Assembly (NCBI GenBank): GCA_041082215.1
Contig: JBDOIF010000076.1
Coordinates: 1-33,676 of the forward strand
Reading direction: 5' to 3'
From: Anaerolineae bacterium
GTDB lineage: Bacteria > Chloroflexota > Anaerolineae > B4-G1 > DUEL01
Length of the DNA: 33,676 bases
Positions 33,500-33,676 of the stretch are shown in pieces (position 1 is the stretch's first letter; each line of letters starts with the position of its first letter). Below the pieces are notes generated by a model. It searched no databases. It was not told the origin of the DNA and saw only the letters and a list, made by a program, of their open reading frames with translations. A program made the position numbers and the translations under genes.

Positions 33500-33676
33500 G
33501 GGTGGGGGAGACGGAGGGAGTTGGGGTGGCGGTCGGCGTGGGAGGAGGGGTGGGGGTTTCGGAAGGCGTGGGGGTAGGGGTTTCGGTGGGCGTGGGGGTT
33601 GAGGTATCGGTAGGCGTGGGGATGGGGGTCTCGGTGGGCGACGGCGAGATCGAGGGACCGGGGGGAGGGGTGGCCG
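33495..33676 (-). CDS. 3' end of a gene with a Pro/Thr-rich C-terminal tail (5' part outside window)
   Basis: Minus frame reads ...ATPPPGPSISPSPTETPIPTPTDTSTPTPTETPTPTPSETPTPPPTPTATPTPSVSPTP* with TGA at 33497-33495. Confidence 0.75.
   Translation of the reverse strand, partial: ATPPPGPSISPSPTETPIPTPTDTSTPTPTETPTPTPSETPTPPPTPTATPTPSVSPTP

Overview
High-GC bacterial chromosomal window, most consistent with a Chloroflexota (Anaerolineae-like) genome; this is inferred from Pro/Thr-rich lipoprotein linkers, a TolC-less MacAB-like exporter and the protein families present. It holds about 29 genes: a TPP-enzyme / HicB-DinB fusion / Zn-ADH / SCP2 cluster; a hybrid histidine kinase overlapping tail-to-tail with an atypical HTH-pseudo-HATPase-REC regulator next to a sugar ABC operon that has no ATPase; a HAD / orphan CoA-transferase A / M24 operon; a cysteine desulfurase-like gene; an AbrB-led MacAB-type exporter; an O-antigen-ligase-TPR gene followed by two membrane coiled-coil proteins (one with N-terminal HhH); sat plus an AlkP-family phosphodiesterase; an EF-G paralog; an AarF kinase; patatin; a DUF3048 lipoprotein; a methyltransferase; and a macrodomain protein. 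I saw no rRNA, tRNA, CRISPR, transposase or phage genes. The most striking unexplained signal is non-coding. Many intergenic gaps carry structured repeats: four related CACAGAG elements with graded 1-2-3 nt spacers, a 9-nt-period CACGAAT element, two CGTCA heptamer arrays, and a REP/REPIN-like cluster upstream of sat. All family calls come from motif recognition by eye; no searches were run.
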